64,000 nt of DNA, from assembly GCA_951406725.2 (NCBI GenBank), contig OX597831.1, forward strand, positions 33,480,001-33,544,000, read 5' to 3'. Positions 13,498 to 26,235 of the stretch are shown here, in pieces (within the stretch, counting starts at the first letter, position 1; every line of letters starts with the position of its first letter). This stretch comes from Octopus vulgaris (taxonomy: Eukaryota). A model generated the notes under the pieces. That model did no database searches. It was not told the DNA's origin and worked only from the letters and a program-made list of their open reading frames with translations. Made by a program: the position numbers and the translations under genes.

Positions 13498-13699
13498 GTA
13501 AATTCTTTGTGTTGACCTTTCTCCTTTCCTTAACTGGTTTCAGGTCTTGTGCTTGTGTTAGAATCACAGGTCTTTGGTTGGCCCCAGTTCTATAGTAGAA
13601 GACACTTGTTCCAGTCACCACTCTGTAGAATTGAACTTGTAACCACTTGGTTGGGAAGCAAACCTCTTCACCACACGGAGAGATTAGTAATACCTAATA

Positions 13700-14128
13700 T
13701 TGGTTTCAAATTTTCACACAAGGCCAGCAAGTTCGGGGGAGGGGCTAAGTCGATTACATCAACTCCAGTACACAGCTGGTACTTATTTTATTGACTCTGA
13801 AAGGCAAAGTTGACCATGGTGGAATCTGAGTTCAGAAAGTAAAGACAGACCAAGTTCTGCTAAGCATTTTGCCTGGCATGTTAATGATTCTGTTTACCCG
13901 CTACCTTAGATAATGTTTAATCTTGATTTCAAATTTTGTTACAAGACCAAGGGACAATTTATGTTGATAACATCAACCCAGTACTCAACTGGTACTTATT
14001 TTATTTTTCCTGAAAGGATGAAAGGTAGAGCTAACCTCAGTGGAATTTGAACCCAGAATTTGATGACAGATGAAATACTACTAAGCATTTTTCTAAGCTT
14101 GCTAACGATTCTCCTAGCTTGCCGCCTT
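13700..14128 (-). mobile_element. Two diverged SINE-B copies
   Basis: Core match. Confidence 0.75.
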
Positions 14129-14164
14129 AAAGATAAGGTTTAATAATAAAACGTATAACTATAG

Positions 14165-14711
14165 GGATTAATATCAAGATATCTAGTGGTGGTCTCCCTT
14201 CGGATTAATATCAAGATATATTTAGTCTAGTGGTTGTCTCCCTTTGGATTAACAACAAGATACATCTATTCTGGTGGTCTGCCTTTGGATTAACATCAAG
14301 CTATATCTAGTCTAGTGGTTGTCTATCTTCGGATTAACATCAAGATACATCTATTCTGGTGGTCTGCCTTTGGATTAACATCAAGCTATATCTAGTCTAG
14401 TGGTTGTCTCCCTTTGGATTAACATCAAGGTACATCTATTCTGGTGGTCTGCCTTTGGATTAACATCAAGCTATATCTAGTCTAGTGGTTGTCTACCTTC
14501 GGATTAACATCAAGATACATCTATTCTGGTGGTCTGCTTTTGGATTAACATCAAGCTATATATAGTCTAGTGGTTGTCTACTTTCGGATTAACATCAAGA
14601 TGCATCTATTCTGGTGGTCTGCCTTTGGATTAACATCAAGATACATCTATTCTGGTGGTCTGCCTTTGTATTAACATCAAATTATTTCTAGTCTGGTGGT
14701 GGTCTGCCTTT
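14165..14711. repeat. Minisatellite, 13 units alternating 44 and 41 bp
   Basis: Units begin GGATTAACATCAAG; counted by hand. Confidence 0.92.
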
Positions 14712-15295
14712 GTGCAGGTTCTATGCATGCGAACCTTCTCCAGCACTCTCTATATGACCTGGGAGGGCCCATACCCTCTGTACTCTCCCCTGCCACTGTT
14801 AAGTAGATTACTGGAACTTCACCTACTTTGGATGGACACTGGAATGGTCTCCTGATGCCTTCTCTAGGTAGTTGGGATGTGAACTCAGAATGTAGAGGGC
14901 TGGAAGATATACTGTAAAGCATTTCTGCTAATCTCCCAACTGCAGAGCAATGAGAATTGAACCTATGATCTAGTGATTGTGAGTGCAATGCTCTAACCAT
15001 TAAGCCATGTGCTTTAAGATATACTGGGATTAAGATGGATTAATATAAGGATTGATATTAAGAATGAGCATCTGTTTAAAACAAACTGTTGTGTTAAGAA
15101 ATGATTATGGAGTAAATATGACTACATTATCTACTGTCTGCCTTCCTTACTTGAGTTGGTAGGGTTTGCTTTACAGCATATATAACTGCTATTTTTAGCA
15201 GATCGAATGACCACATAGAGGCTCTGGCAGTCAGTAGTGGTGGCAGCGGTATATTTCATATACTTATTACTTCATACCTTTGTGTATCTTTGCAG

Positions 15296-15428
15296 TCAAA
15301 AGGCGTATTTTGGGTTGTCATTGGTGATGAAAATTACGGTGAAGGCAGCAGCCGAGAACATGCCGCTCTGGAACCCCGACATTTGGGAGGCAGAGCCATC
15401 ATTGTCAAAAGTTTCGCTCGGATCCATG
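15296..15428 (+). CDS. ACO2: Aconitase exon G with catalytic serine motif
   Basis: tgcAG / gtaagt; [39 protein letters not shown]; 133 nt. Confidence 0.97.
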
Positions 15429-15827
15429 GTAAGTACAACGTGGAGTGAGGGGTGTTTTTGTTAATTTTTTTGTTTGTTTTTGTCTTCCTACACCCCCACC
15501 CCCAATTTCTGTCTCGTGCTTTGATATGAAATATTGTTTTAACACTTAGCATTTAAACCAACCTTATCTAGCTCAAAGATCCTGTTTTGTGTTTCAGCTG
15601 AACAGAGCTGACCTCTCGCACCTATCCTACAATGTTGTCCTAAAAATAAACAATCACATCATTGAAATCTTGAAATTATGAGATAGAATGAATAACCATT
15701 ACATTTGAGTCAGTAACTTGAACGCCAAGGAATTAAAGATAGTTCTGAGTAGCTCTTCTCCATCTCTCTTTTAATTATCTTTTTTTCATTCATGTTTGGG
15801 CTAAAGCTAAATTTCATTCCTCACGGT

Positions 15828-15877
<50 letters not shown>

Positions 15878-16032
15878 AAGAATAAGATAGAAAGCGGAAG
15901 CAGGGAAGAGTCCGACAGCTAAACAGAATTATGGACCTTGCTCAAAGACTGGGCACAGTATCTATCTTTGTTCAATTCCAAGCTGGAGCTAGTTGAATTT
16001 TTGTTCTGACAGATGCCTGTCTATACACCATG

Positions 16033-16070
<38 letters not shown>

Positions 16071-16654
16071 TGTAGGAAATATGAGGTTGTTCATAAGATT
16101 TAGTCACACCATCTTAACATGTGTTTAATTAACTTAAGGTGAATATTTGTTCTTGTCCATATTAATTTATGTTCCAAATGCCTAGATTTATAATGACAAA
16201 AATTATTTATATAAATTCTTCAGTATTTTCAAAATTTATTGAAACAAAGGCAGTGAAGAAATGTGGTAGCAAAAGGGTTAATACCAAGCTGCCTGACACC
16301 ATTCAATGATACACGTTTCCTGTTTTAAAGTGACCTAAATTTCCATCAGAATTCCATGTTAATGTATGTTTAGTGGTTGGCTTTAGGAAGGGCATCCAGC
16401 TGTAGAAACCATGCCACAACAGACAATGGGTGTCTGGAGAGCTCCCTACTAGCCAGTGCCATGTCAAACTGTCCAACCCATGCCAGCATGGAAAGTGGAT
16501 GCTACATGATGATAATGATGACGATGATGATGCAATTTTTATATGTAACATTATTGGATCAAAATCACCTTTTTTGGGGCAATTTTATGATGAGTTCCAC
16601 TTTCCAATCATTAAGCACATTTTCTTCCTGCCATATCTTAGAAAATAATGGATG

Positions 16655-17420
16655 AAACATTTCTAACGCTATTTCTATCGCTGATTTCAAAATAAAACGT
16701 CAAAATTAGAAGCAATAGCTGCCAAACTAGGATTGAAAATCAATCACAACAAATAAAAAGTTATGTGCATTAATGAAGAAAACAGCGAACGCATTAAAGT
16801 CGAAACTGGTGAACTAGAGGATGTAGCTGAGTTTACATATTTAAGTAGTAAGATAACGTTTTCAGGCGGCACCAACGAAGATATTTAGACGAGAATAAGT
16901 AAGGCAAGGACCGCTTTTCACCTGTTAAAGAAAGTATGGAGTGCAAGTGTAATTTCAATAAAGAACAAAATAAGAATTTTTAACACTAACGTAAAAGCAG
17001 TGCTATTTGAATGGGGCTGAGACATGGCGAACAACAGTTAAGTCAAATAAGCAAATACAATCATTCATCAACAGATGCTTGCATAGTATACTTAAAATTA
17101 GATGGCCAGAACACATAAGCAATATGGAGCTATGGCAAAGAATAAATCAAGTTTTGATTAGGGAGCAAATATTTATGAAAAAGTGGAAGTGGATTGGTAG
17201 CACAATTAGAAAAGACACACCAAATGTAGCGAAAAGTGCTTTACAGTGGAAACTGGATGGATATAGAAGGAGAGGTAGGACTAAGAACTCGTGGCGTAGA
17301 TCAACACAAAAGGAACTAGAGAAAGGGGGACATTCATGGCAGAGTATAAATACAGAAGCGAAAAATTATGCGACATTGAATTCAGTTATAAGTGGCCTAT
17401 ACTCCGCGTTGGAGGGTTAA
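16655..17420 (+). mobile_element. 5'-truncated RTE-clade LINE (RT C-terminus) in an ACO2 intron
   Basis: GLKIN..K, EFTYL, RISKARTAF, VLLNGAETW, W.WIG, RRRGR motifs; in-frame stops. Confidence 0.85.
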
Positions 17421-17637
17421 AGGCAGAAAAAAAATTGGATCAAAAAGATAAGAGAATTCACCATCGTGGAGTGTACATGTGTGCAACAGATGGAAAGCTA
17501 AAATAATTGGATTGTTTATAAAAAAAACCAATGTGTGTTTAATGATGAAATAATAAACAAGAAGGTGTTTGATCTGATTTTCTCCTGTAAAATAATCAAG
17601 AAACATTGATTACCACTGATTATTATTTCTTTTACAG

Positions 17638-17759
17638 AAACAAACTTGAAGAAACAAGGAATGTTGCCATTAACTTTTGCAAACTCCGCCGACTATGACA
17701 AAATCCAACCAACTGATCGCATATCGATTTTGGGACTTAAGACTTTTGCCCCTGGAAAG
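17638..17759 (+). CDS. ACO2: Aconitase exon H
   Basis: tacAG / gtagga; (E)[22 protein letters not shown]...FAPGK; 122 nt. Confidence 0.96.
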
Positions 17760-17929
17760 GTAGGAATTTCATATAATTTCTTGTTACTTTTGGTTGACAT
17801 CTTTTCCTGTTATTTTTAAAACCTTTTTTGGTGCCAATTTGTCTGAGACCTCTCTTGGTTCTGTACTAAAAATCTCCCATTTTAACGTAGTCTAAATTAA
17901 AACATTCCTTCAAAATTCCATAATAATTT

Positions 17930-18536
17930 CTACATTATTTACATTATTTACATTTGACCGATATTTGTCCTCATCTTGTTTGTTATTAACACAACATTTC
18001 GCCTGATACACCCTCCAAGCCTTCATCAGGTGTCTTGGGGAATTTTTTCACCTGGGTTCTCATTCATAAGGTATTTTTTCGATATTATTATTAGCGTAAT
18101 CGTTGCCAGCATTGCCTTACTGGCACATGTGCCGGTGGCACATTGAAAGCAACATTTGAGCGTGGTCATTGCCAGTGCTGCCGGACTGGCTCCCATGCAG
18201 GTAGCACATAAAAAACACCTTTTGAGTGTGGTTGTTGCCAGAACCGCCTGACTGGCCTTCATGCTGGTGGCACGTGAAAGCACTCACTACACTCTCGGAG
18301 TGGTTGGCATTAGGAAGGTCATCCAGCTGTAGAAACTTTTCCAGATCAGATTGAGCCTGGTGCAGCCTCTGGCTCACCAGTCGTCAGTCAAACCGTCCAA
18401 CCCATGCCAGCATGGAAAGTGGACGCTAAACAATGATGATGATGATGATTATTATTCATGTCACTGCCTGGAATCGAACCCGGAATCTTGAGGTTAGTAG
18501 CCCGCACTCTTAACCACTACGCCATAATCCCGTGGC
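17930..18536 (-). mobile_element. Element with tRNA-like head and hammerhead-like motif, interrupted by a SINE-C copy
   Basis: A box TGGCGTAGTGG and B box GGTTCGATTCC within 18460-18531; acac-CUGAUGA...GAAA-ug-UU-gugu at about 17988-18033; (AATAATGTA) repeat tail. Confidence 0.6.
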
Positions 18537-18621
18537 CATAAATTCCATGTAAATTTATGTTCCAAATGCCTAGATTTATAATGACAAAAATTACTTATAT
18601 AAATTCTTTAGTATTTTTAAA

Positions 18622-18820
18622 ATAATAATAATAATAATAATAATAACAACATTGAAAAATACCTTAGGAATGAGAACCCAGGTTCAAAATTACCCCAAGA
18701 CACCTGATGAAGGCTGGAAGGTATATCAGGTGAAATGTGTTAACAACAAACAAGATGAGGACAAATATCTGTCAAATGTAAATAATGTACATAATTCTTC
18801 ACCTCTTTAATATAGAACGA
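18622..18820 (+). mobile_element. Inverted headless copy of the same hammerhead-bearing element
   Basis: Reverse complement of about 17935-18090; CTGATGA at 18704, GAAA at 18732, stems eroded. Confidence 0.6.
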
Positions 18821-19071
18821 TGATAATTTATGTTCCAAACATCAGATCAATAATGGTAAAGTTATTTTACTAAATTCTTTTATCATTTCAAAAGTTGATT
18901 GGATTCGATTCTAACGTGAGGTAGCTCATTATTTTTTGGCCATTGTTAGGATATTGTTACTTTAATCAGAGTATATATGTTATAATGATATATTATTATT
19001 ATATAGTTATTATTGTATGACTTTAGTAGTTGCTTTTTCTTCGTAACTTATCAAGCCTCCAGGTTTGTTTA

Positions 19072-19584
19072 TCATCATCATTTAGCGTCCGTTCTCCATG
19101 CTAGCATGGGTTGGACGGTTCAACTGGGGTCTGTGAAGCCAGAAGGCTGCATCAGGCCCAGTCTGATCTGGCAGTGTTTCTACGGCTGGATGCCCTTCCT
19201 AACGCCAACCACTCCGTGAGTGTAGTGGGAGCTTTTTACGTGCCACCTGCACAGGTGCCAGATGGAGCTGGCAAATGGCCACGGACGGATGGTGCTTTTT
19301 ACGTGCCACTGGCACGGGGGCCAGGCAAGGCTGGCAACGGCCACGAACGGACGGTGCTTTTTATGTGCCACCGGCACGGGGGCCAGGCGAGGCTGGCAAC
19401 GGCCATGAACGGATGGTGCTTTTTACGTGTCACCGGCACGGAGGCCAGTCGGGGTGGCGCTGGCAACAGCCACGATCAGATGGTTCGCTTACTTGTCACC
19501 GGCACTGGTATCACAGCCGCAATTTCCATTGATGTTGATCGACTTCGATTTTGGTTCTGCTTTCCGATATCTGATTTGCAAATA

Positions 19585-19621
<37 letters not shown>

Positions 19622-19875
19622 CATACGTAAAAAGCACCATTCGAGTATGATCTTTACCAGTGCTGCCTGACTAGCCCTTGTGCTGTTGGCACCTAAAAAG
19701 CACCCACTACACTCTCGGAGTGGTTGGTGTTAGGAAGGGCATCCAGCTGTAGAAACTTTGCCAGATTGGATTGGAGTCTGGTGCAGCCTTCTGGCTTGCC
19801 AGCCCTCAGTCAAACCATTCAACCCATGCCTGCATGGAAAGCGGATGTTAAATGACGATGATGATGATGATGATT
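19072..19875. mobile_element. Inverted pair of SINE-C copies (19072-19550 minus with about 54-nt internal tandem units; 19627-19875 plus)
   Basis: Both match the family core in opposite orientation. Confidence 0.85.
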
Positions 19876-20022
19876 ATTATTATTTATATATATATATATA
19901 TATTTATATGTTTTAATTTCAGTTATTCAGAAAGAAATATTCCCTTATTTTTTGTTCTAAATATTCTCTCCTTTTCATTGTCTTTCTCTCTTTCATACTC
20001 TCCGTTTTTCTCTCTCCAACAG

Positions 20023-20163
20023 CCATTAACCTGTGAGGTGAAACACGAAGATGGTAGCACAGACACTTTTCTACTACACCACACATTCAACGAAGGTCAA
20101 ATAACTTGGTTCAAAGCAGGCAGTGCCCTCAACCGTATGTTCGAGGTGCGACAAGGGAGTTAA
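20023..20163 (+). CDS. ACO2: Aconitase terminal coding exon
   Basis: Long pyrimidine tract then aacAG; PLTCEVKH...HTFNEGQITWFKAGSALNRM...stop TAA. Confidence 0.96.
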   Translation, partial: PLTCEVKHEDGSTDTFLLHHTFNEGQITWFKAGSALNRMFEVRQGS

Positions 20164-20252
20164 CCTCGTAGATAAAGTTAAAACTAGATTAATATAGCTT
20201 ACATAACACAATGACACTTCTGCAAAGCAGTTTTAAAAACAAAAACAAAAAA

Positions 20253-20258
20253 AATAAA
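20253..20258 (+). terminator. Candidate proximal polyadenylation signal of ACO2
   Basis: AATAAA about 90 nt after the stop, T-rich sequence downstream; further AATAAA near 21.77 and 21.88 kb are alternatives. Confidence 0.4.
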
Positions 20259-20399
20259 AATCCAAACCAGTATTTTATATTTGTTATTATTATTATTATT
20301 TTTGTGAGACTGAATTTTCTACTTTTTTGACTTTTTCATTCTCTTATTATAGCAGGATTATTATTACTACTACTACTATCATCATCATCATTATTTTTA

Positions 20400-20436
<37 letters not shown>

Positions 20437-20650
20437 GGTGGTGAGCTGGCAGAATCGTTAGTGCATTGGACAAAATGCTTAGCGGTATTTCGCATGTTGC
20501 TATGTTCTGAGCTCCAATTCCGCCAGGGTTGACTTTGCCTTTCAACCTTTCAGGGTCGATAAATTAAGTACCAGTTACACACTGGGGTCGATGTAATTGA
20601 CTACTCCCCTCCCCCAAAATAGCTGCCCTTGCGGCAAAATTTGAAACCAT
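20437..20650 (+). mobile_element. SINE-B just downstream of the ACO2 stop, inside (ATT)n
   Basis: Full head and core. Confidence 0.85.
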
Positions 20651-22039
20651 TATTATTATTATTATTATTAATATTATTATTTTTATTATTATTATTATTA
20701 TTGTTATTATTGTTATTATGAACAATAACAAATGTTTATAACTACATTAACTGTATCTTTTGTGTGTAGAAATGGTTTAACAATGCTGACTGAATAGCTC
20801 TATACACATTATCAGTGTGTATGAGTCTCTGTATGTATATGTGTTTGTGTATGTAGATACATTTGTGGATTTGCAAATAACAAATATATATACATATGTA
20901 TTGTGTGTATGTATGTATGTATATATATATAATGTGTGTGTGTGTACATATGTATACAAATGAATATATACATATGTAAATATGTGCATATATATATATA
21001 AATGTGTGTGTGTAAATATGTATGTGTGAGTGTGCATGTATGTGTTAGAGTAGGGTGTTTATATATTTATACATTTTAATACTCATATATATACTATACA
21101 TATATATATATATATACACACATACATATCTATATATACATATACACATACATATATGTATACACATGTACATACATACACATATACATACATACATACA
21201 TACATACATACATACATACGTACATATATATATATATATCTATACATATTCACACATATATACATACACACATACATACATATATATATATACACACAAA
21301 CGTACATATATATATATATATACTCATACGTACTTATATACATACATATATATACACATGCATATATATATACACACATATATAGATATACACATATATA
21401 TATATATATACACACACACACGTACATGCATATATACTCATACGTGCATACATACATATATATATATACACATACATACATATAGATATATACACGTATT
21501 TATCTATATACGCATATACATATATTTAAATATGAACACACACTTATAAATACATACATACACATATTTATATACACTCACAAATACTTTGATGTGTATA
21601 TTTGTCTGCATACATAATATATCTTTCTTTACATATATCTATGAATATATTCTATTCAGATATTGGGATACATAGAGGAATGTTGTTGATTATGACTAAC
21701 ATTACATAGGCAGCTATTTAGTGTGTCGGTTAAAAATAGAAAAAAAATAACAAAAAAAAAATATAATAAAATAATACATGATGAAACTTGCAAAGAATAT
21801 GAAAAAAAAAAATTGTATTTCATCACATTATTAATTAATTAATAGAAATGTGTAATCGAGGAACTCAAAGAAAGAAAAATAAAACAGACATCGGAAGAAA
21901 CTATAAAAGAGTCTTGTTATTTGAAAAACAAAAATATTTGTAATTGATGTTTGCGTTGTGATGAGCTTCTTCACTAATCTCATTGTTTTTTAATTATTTT
22001 TTAACCCATTGTAGCTAATAAAGAAGTCATTATTATTAT

Positions 22040-22262
22040 TATTATCTTAACCTCTCCAGTGTTATCTGTGTCATGCCTCATGTCTCAGCTCCATCATGCA
22101 GCTTTGAGATGCAATACTTTCCTCAACACATGAGCTGTTCCAAGTATTACTGCCAACTGAGCACCTCCTAAGAAGTTTGGTATTTGCAGTTTTTGGTGCC
22201 AGAATATTGCTTTCTTTGAGATGGTCCTGAGTGTACCGCATTCACTTCTGAGACTCCATTAT
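22040..22262 (-). mobile_element. R4/Dong-like 3' end fragment
   Basis: AQLAVILGTAHVLRKVL motif; flanked by (ATT)n. Confidence 0.55.
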
Positions 22263-22649
22263 TGTGTTTCACTCATTATTATTGTTATTATTATTATTAT
22301 TATCATTATTATTATCGTTACCAACGTCACTTCACTGGCACGTGTAAAAAGATTTGAGCGAGGTCGTTGCCAGTACTGCCTGACTGGCCCCCGTGCTGGT
22401 GGCACTTAAAAAGCACCCACTACACTCTTGGAGTGGGTGGCGTTAGGAAGGGCATCCAGCTGTAGAAACTCTGCCAGATCAAGAGTGGAGCCTGGTGCAG
22501 CCATCTGGTTTGCCAGCCCTCAGTCAAAATCGTCCAACCCATGCTAGCATGGAAAGCGGACGTTAAACAATGATGATGATTATTATTATTATTATTATTA
22601 TTATTATAGATGTCGCACAGTATACAATATTGTGAGGTTGTTGATTGTA

Positions 22650-23645
22650 TCTACCGGGGGGTTTGTACTGTTTGTGAAGTCACAACATGGACCTCAGACA
22701 GACAATACTTTACGCAATATCTGTTCAGTTCCAAGTAATGCCGACTTTTGCAATAAACTTACATTGTAGGGTATTTCTAAAGTTTTAAGATTGGGTAGTA
22801 TTGAATCCAATGACAATAGGGATAACCTTTATGTTTGCCTCTCGTAGTCGCCACATCGTAGCGATCTCAATTCTCAGGTCTCCATATTTATCAACCTTTT
22901 CTCTTTCATGATGATATGTTGATCTCCTGGAACTGCCACATCAATTATTAGGCACTCTTGTTTGTTCCTTTGAAAGGTTACTATACCTGTCCTTTGGTGC
23001 TCTAATACCTTGTCTGTCCATCTCAGAGGATTTTTGCCTTCCTCTTTTTGTCCATTACCTTTTCCAGTGTATGTTGGTACCAAGCACCAACCTTACATCT
23101 ATATTTACGGCATAGTAGCCACTGGAGGTTTTGTGCTACCTTATGTCTATGCTTATACTCTTTCTGTGCAAGACTTTCACAAGCACTAGCAATGTGAGTC
23201 ACGCTTTTGACCCTCTTTCCACACATTCTGCAGAGGTCTGTTACACTTGTGTGGTACATATTTTTTTCACTGAGTTAGTATTCAATGCCTGGTCTTGGGC
23301 AGTGATGATCAGGCTTTCAGTTTTCTTTCTTAGGCCACCCTTGTTAAGCTACCTCCATGATTCTTCGTGGTCTTTTAATTTGTTGGTTTTACAGTGGAAT
23401 TGACCATGTAATTTCATGCGGAGTAGGATTTCTTCTGTCTCGTTGGCTGTTCTTGATTGGAATTCACGAGCACTCTCAAGTCCATTTTTGGTAAATCCTT
23501 CTGCATTAACAGTATGCTGTAGCAGGTCTTGTTTACTACTTAACAAATATTCTTCCATGTTTCTTCTCCCACTGTTGATGCACTCCCGCATGCTAATCAG
23601 CCCACATCCCCCTTTACCCTTCTTCATGTAGAGCCACGTCAATCG
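22650..23645 (-). mobile_element. Decayed R4/Dong-like LINE (restriction-like endonuclease end)
   Basis: LYM..G.GGCGL, LHGQF, CCHC finger CRMC..H...C, IIDVAVPGD; beside (ATT)n. Confidence 0.85.
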
Positions 23646-23923
23646 ACCTACCCAAAAGACAATGACAATGCATGGAGCCTTTTGCCTGTATGTATATATT
23701 GGCTGGTTCACTACACCATACAACAGTATATGATCAGTGATCAAATTTAACCACAGATTGGTCACTCTCATTTCACATCCCAGGTTCGATTCGTCACGGA
23801 TTTCTATTGTCTCTTCTGTATGTTTTGGCCCTTGACCTTTTGCTGTAGAAGCTGGAGATACTGAGTTTTGTTCCGTTCGAAACATGAGACATGTGGGCGT
23901 AGTGTTGTTGATGTTGCTTCCAT

Positions 23924-24089
23924 AGGCGTAGGAGTGGCTGTGTGATAAGTAGCTTGCATACGAAGCACAAGGTTCTGAGTTCAGTCCCACTGCATGGCTC
24001 CTTGGGCAAGTATCTTCTACTATAGCCTCGGGCCGACTGAAGCCTTGTCAGTGGATTTGGTAGATGGAAACTGAAAGAAGCCCGTCGTA

Positions 24090-24146
<57 letters not shown>

Positions 24147-24350
24147 ATGTTTGTGTGTCTGTTTGTCCCCCCAACATTGCTTGACAACTGATGCTGGTGT
24201 GTTTACGTCCCCGTAACTTAGCGGTTCGGCAAAAGAGACCGATAGAATAAGTACTAGGCTTACAAAGAATAAGTCCTGGGGTCGATTTGCTCGACTAAAG
24301 GCGGTGCTCCAGCATGGCTACAGTCACATGACTGAAACAACTAAAAGAGT
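23924..24350 (+). mobile_element. SINE-A, full length
   Basis: Close to the 41677 and 61862 copies. Confidence 0.9.
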
Positions 24351-24697
24351 GTCAGACACACCAGAGACGAAGGTGGCCGGCAACGTTCCGGAAGGATATC
24401 AGGAAGCCTACGGGATCTTGTATTAATCGCGACGAATTGATAGCCTTGTAACATGGCATCAGAAAAACAAGATCATATAGGGCAGCAGCTTTTGTTGCTG
24501 GATTGACAGTTTGGTTAATGTGCGAAGCTATTAGTGTCCTGTGCAGGATGAGTACGCTTTTGCTGTCAACAAGATAAATTATTTAAACAAAAAGACGTAG
24601 CACTGCACTCTCCGTCTCTCTTTTGGAACTCACATTAGCGGCACTCTATGTGGCCACAGCAGAAAACCTAGATATGAGCTTACAATATACACTATAT

Positions 24698-24854
24698 AGG
24701 AGTGGCTGTGTGGTAAGTAGCTTGCTTACCAACCACATGGTTCCGGGTTCAGTCCCACTGTGTGGCACCTTGGGCAAGTGTCTTCTACTATAGCCTCGGG
24801 CCGACCAAAGCCTTGTGAGTGGATTTGGTAAGCGGAAACTGAAGGAAGCCTGTC

Positions 24855-24893
<39 letters not shown>

Positions 24894-25097
24894 TGTGTGT
24901 GTATATGTTTGTGTTTCTGTGTTTGTCTCCCTAGCATTGCTTGACAACTGATGCTGGTGTGTTTATGTCCCCGTCACTTAGCGGTTCGGCAAAAGAGACC
25001 GATAGAATAAGTACTGGGCTTACAAAGAATAAGGCGGTGCTCCAGCATGGCTGCAGTCAAATGACTGAAACAAGTAAAAAAGTAAAGAGTAAAAGAG
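24698..25097 (+). mobile_element. SINE-A with small internal deletion
   Basis: Consensus match. Confidence 0.9.
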
Positions 25098-25340
25098 TAT
25101 GTGTGTGTATGTGTAGTGGAATTACTAGGAATTGCTACTTTAAGAGAGAGCGTTTATTTTTTATGTTGAGAAATCATTATCAAAGAATGAAAAGAGCATA
25201 GATATATATTTCCACATAATTCCCCTATCAAGGTCTCTGATAGCCGTGAATAGTATCATTTCGTCCTCATTTTGAACTCTTCAACGCAACATAACTTAAG
25301 ATTTTGAAATTTGTTTATATATATATAATATATATATATA

Positions 25341-25727
25341 CTAGCAGTATCGCCCGGCGTTGCTCGGGTTTGTAAGGGAAATAACTATATAAGCATTTTA
25401 GAGAGTTATAGCCAAAAAATAGCAAAAAAATGGAAAAAAAATTGATGGTAAATTTTTTTTTGAAATCGTTGACTCATCGTAGGCATTTTTAGAGAGTTAC
25501 TTTCCTTATATAATAGCGAAAAAAATGCATTAAAATGGAAAAAAAATGATGGTAAATTTTTTTTAAAATCGTAGACTCATCGTAGACGCGCGCTAACACC
25601 CAGAAGGGCTCGATATAAATCACGACTATAAGATACCCGGTTTTGGTTAAACTGCACCGCAAAATGTAGGAGTAGTTAGGAATCTAAATCGTAGGAGACA
25701 GACACACAACTTCACTTTTATATATAA

Positions 25728-25730
<3 letters not shown>
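25341..25730 (-). mobile_element. Non-autonomous Helitron-like element, copy 1
   Basis: Minus strand starts TC and ends hairpin CCCGAGCAACGCCGGG then CTAG; inserted between A and T. Confidence 0.7.
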
Positions 25731-25783
<53 letters not shown>

Positions 25784-26235
25784 ATATATTGTTATACAAA
25801 TACAGCCACGCACATACGTATGAAGACTCTCGTGATTTCATAGATATATACGTGGGACGTTACTCTCCAAAGCACAGCTCTAAGTAACGAGGATTTTAAT
25901 TTTTACAGAACACCAGAAGTTGCCTATTCATGTAAATTTTTCCTCTCCACCGATGTTCTACAAGGGAAAAGCAGCTCTGGGCCCGTGCAATCATAGGCGA
26001 TGTTGGAAATGGATACCGTACAGCATATCGTTATATGGCATGACGATTCCCTTAATCCACCGCCTGCAACCGGTGCACGATATATCGTCCTGAAGAAAGA
26101 TGAAGGACGAAGTCGCCCTTGAATGTATTTGAACTTAGAATGCAGAGCTCCAGGACAAATATCCAGGACCGTCTATATGGCACTCTAACGAGTCTGTTAA
26201 TTCGATACGTATGTATTTTTTTACCTTGTATTTTT

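Noticed and set aside
14165-14711. CRISPR-like array (constant GGATTAACATCAAG at regular spacing)
   Set aside because: Intervening sequences are two alternating repeats, not unique spacers; eukaryotic intron; no cas genes
18460-18531. tRNA gene
   Set aside because: A and B boxes present but the acceptor stem does not pair; treated as a SINE-type head. The same applies to 35965-36040
20770-21600. YI/HT/VC-repeat ORFs here and throughout the window
   Set aside because: Translations of (TA)n, (CA)n and (TACA)n microsatellites
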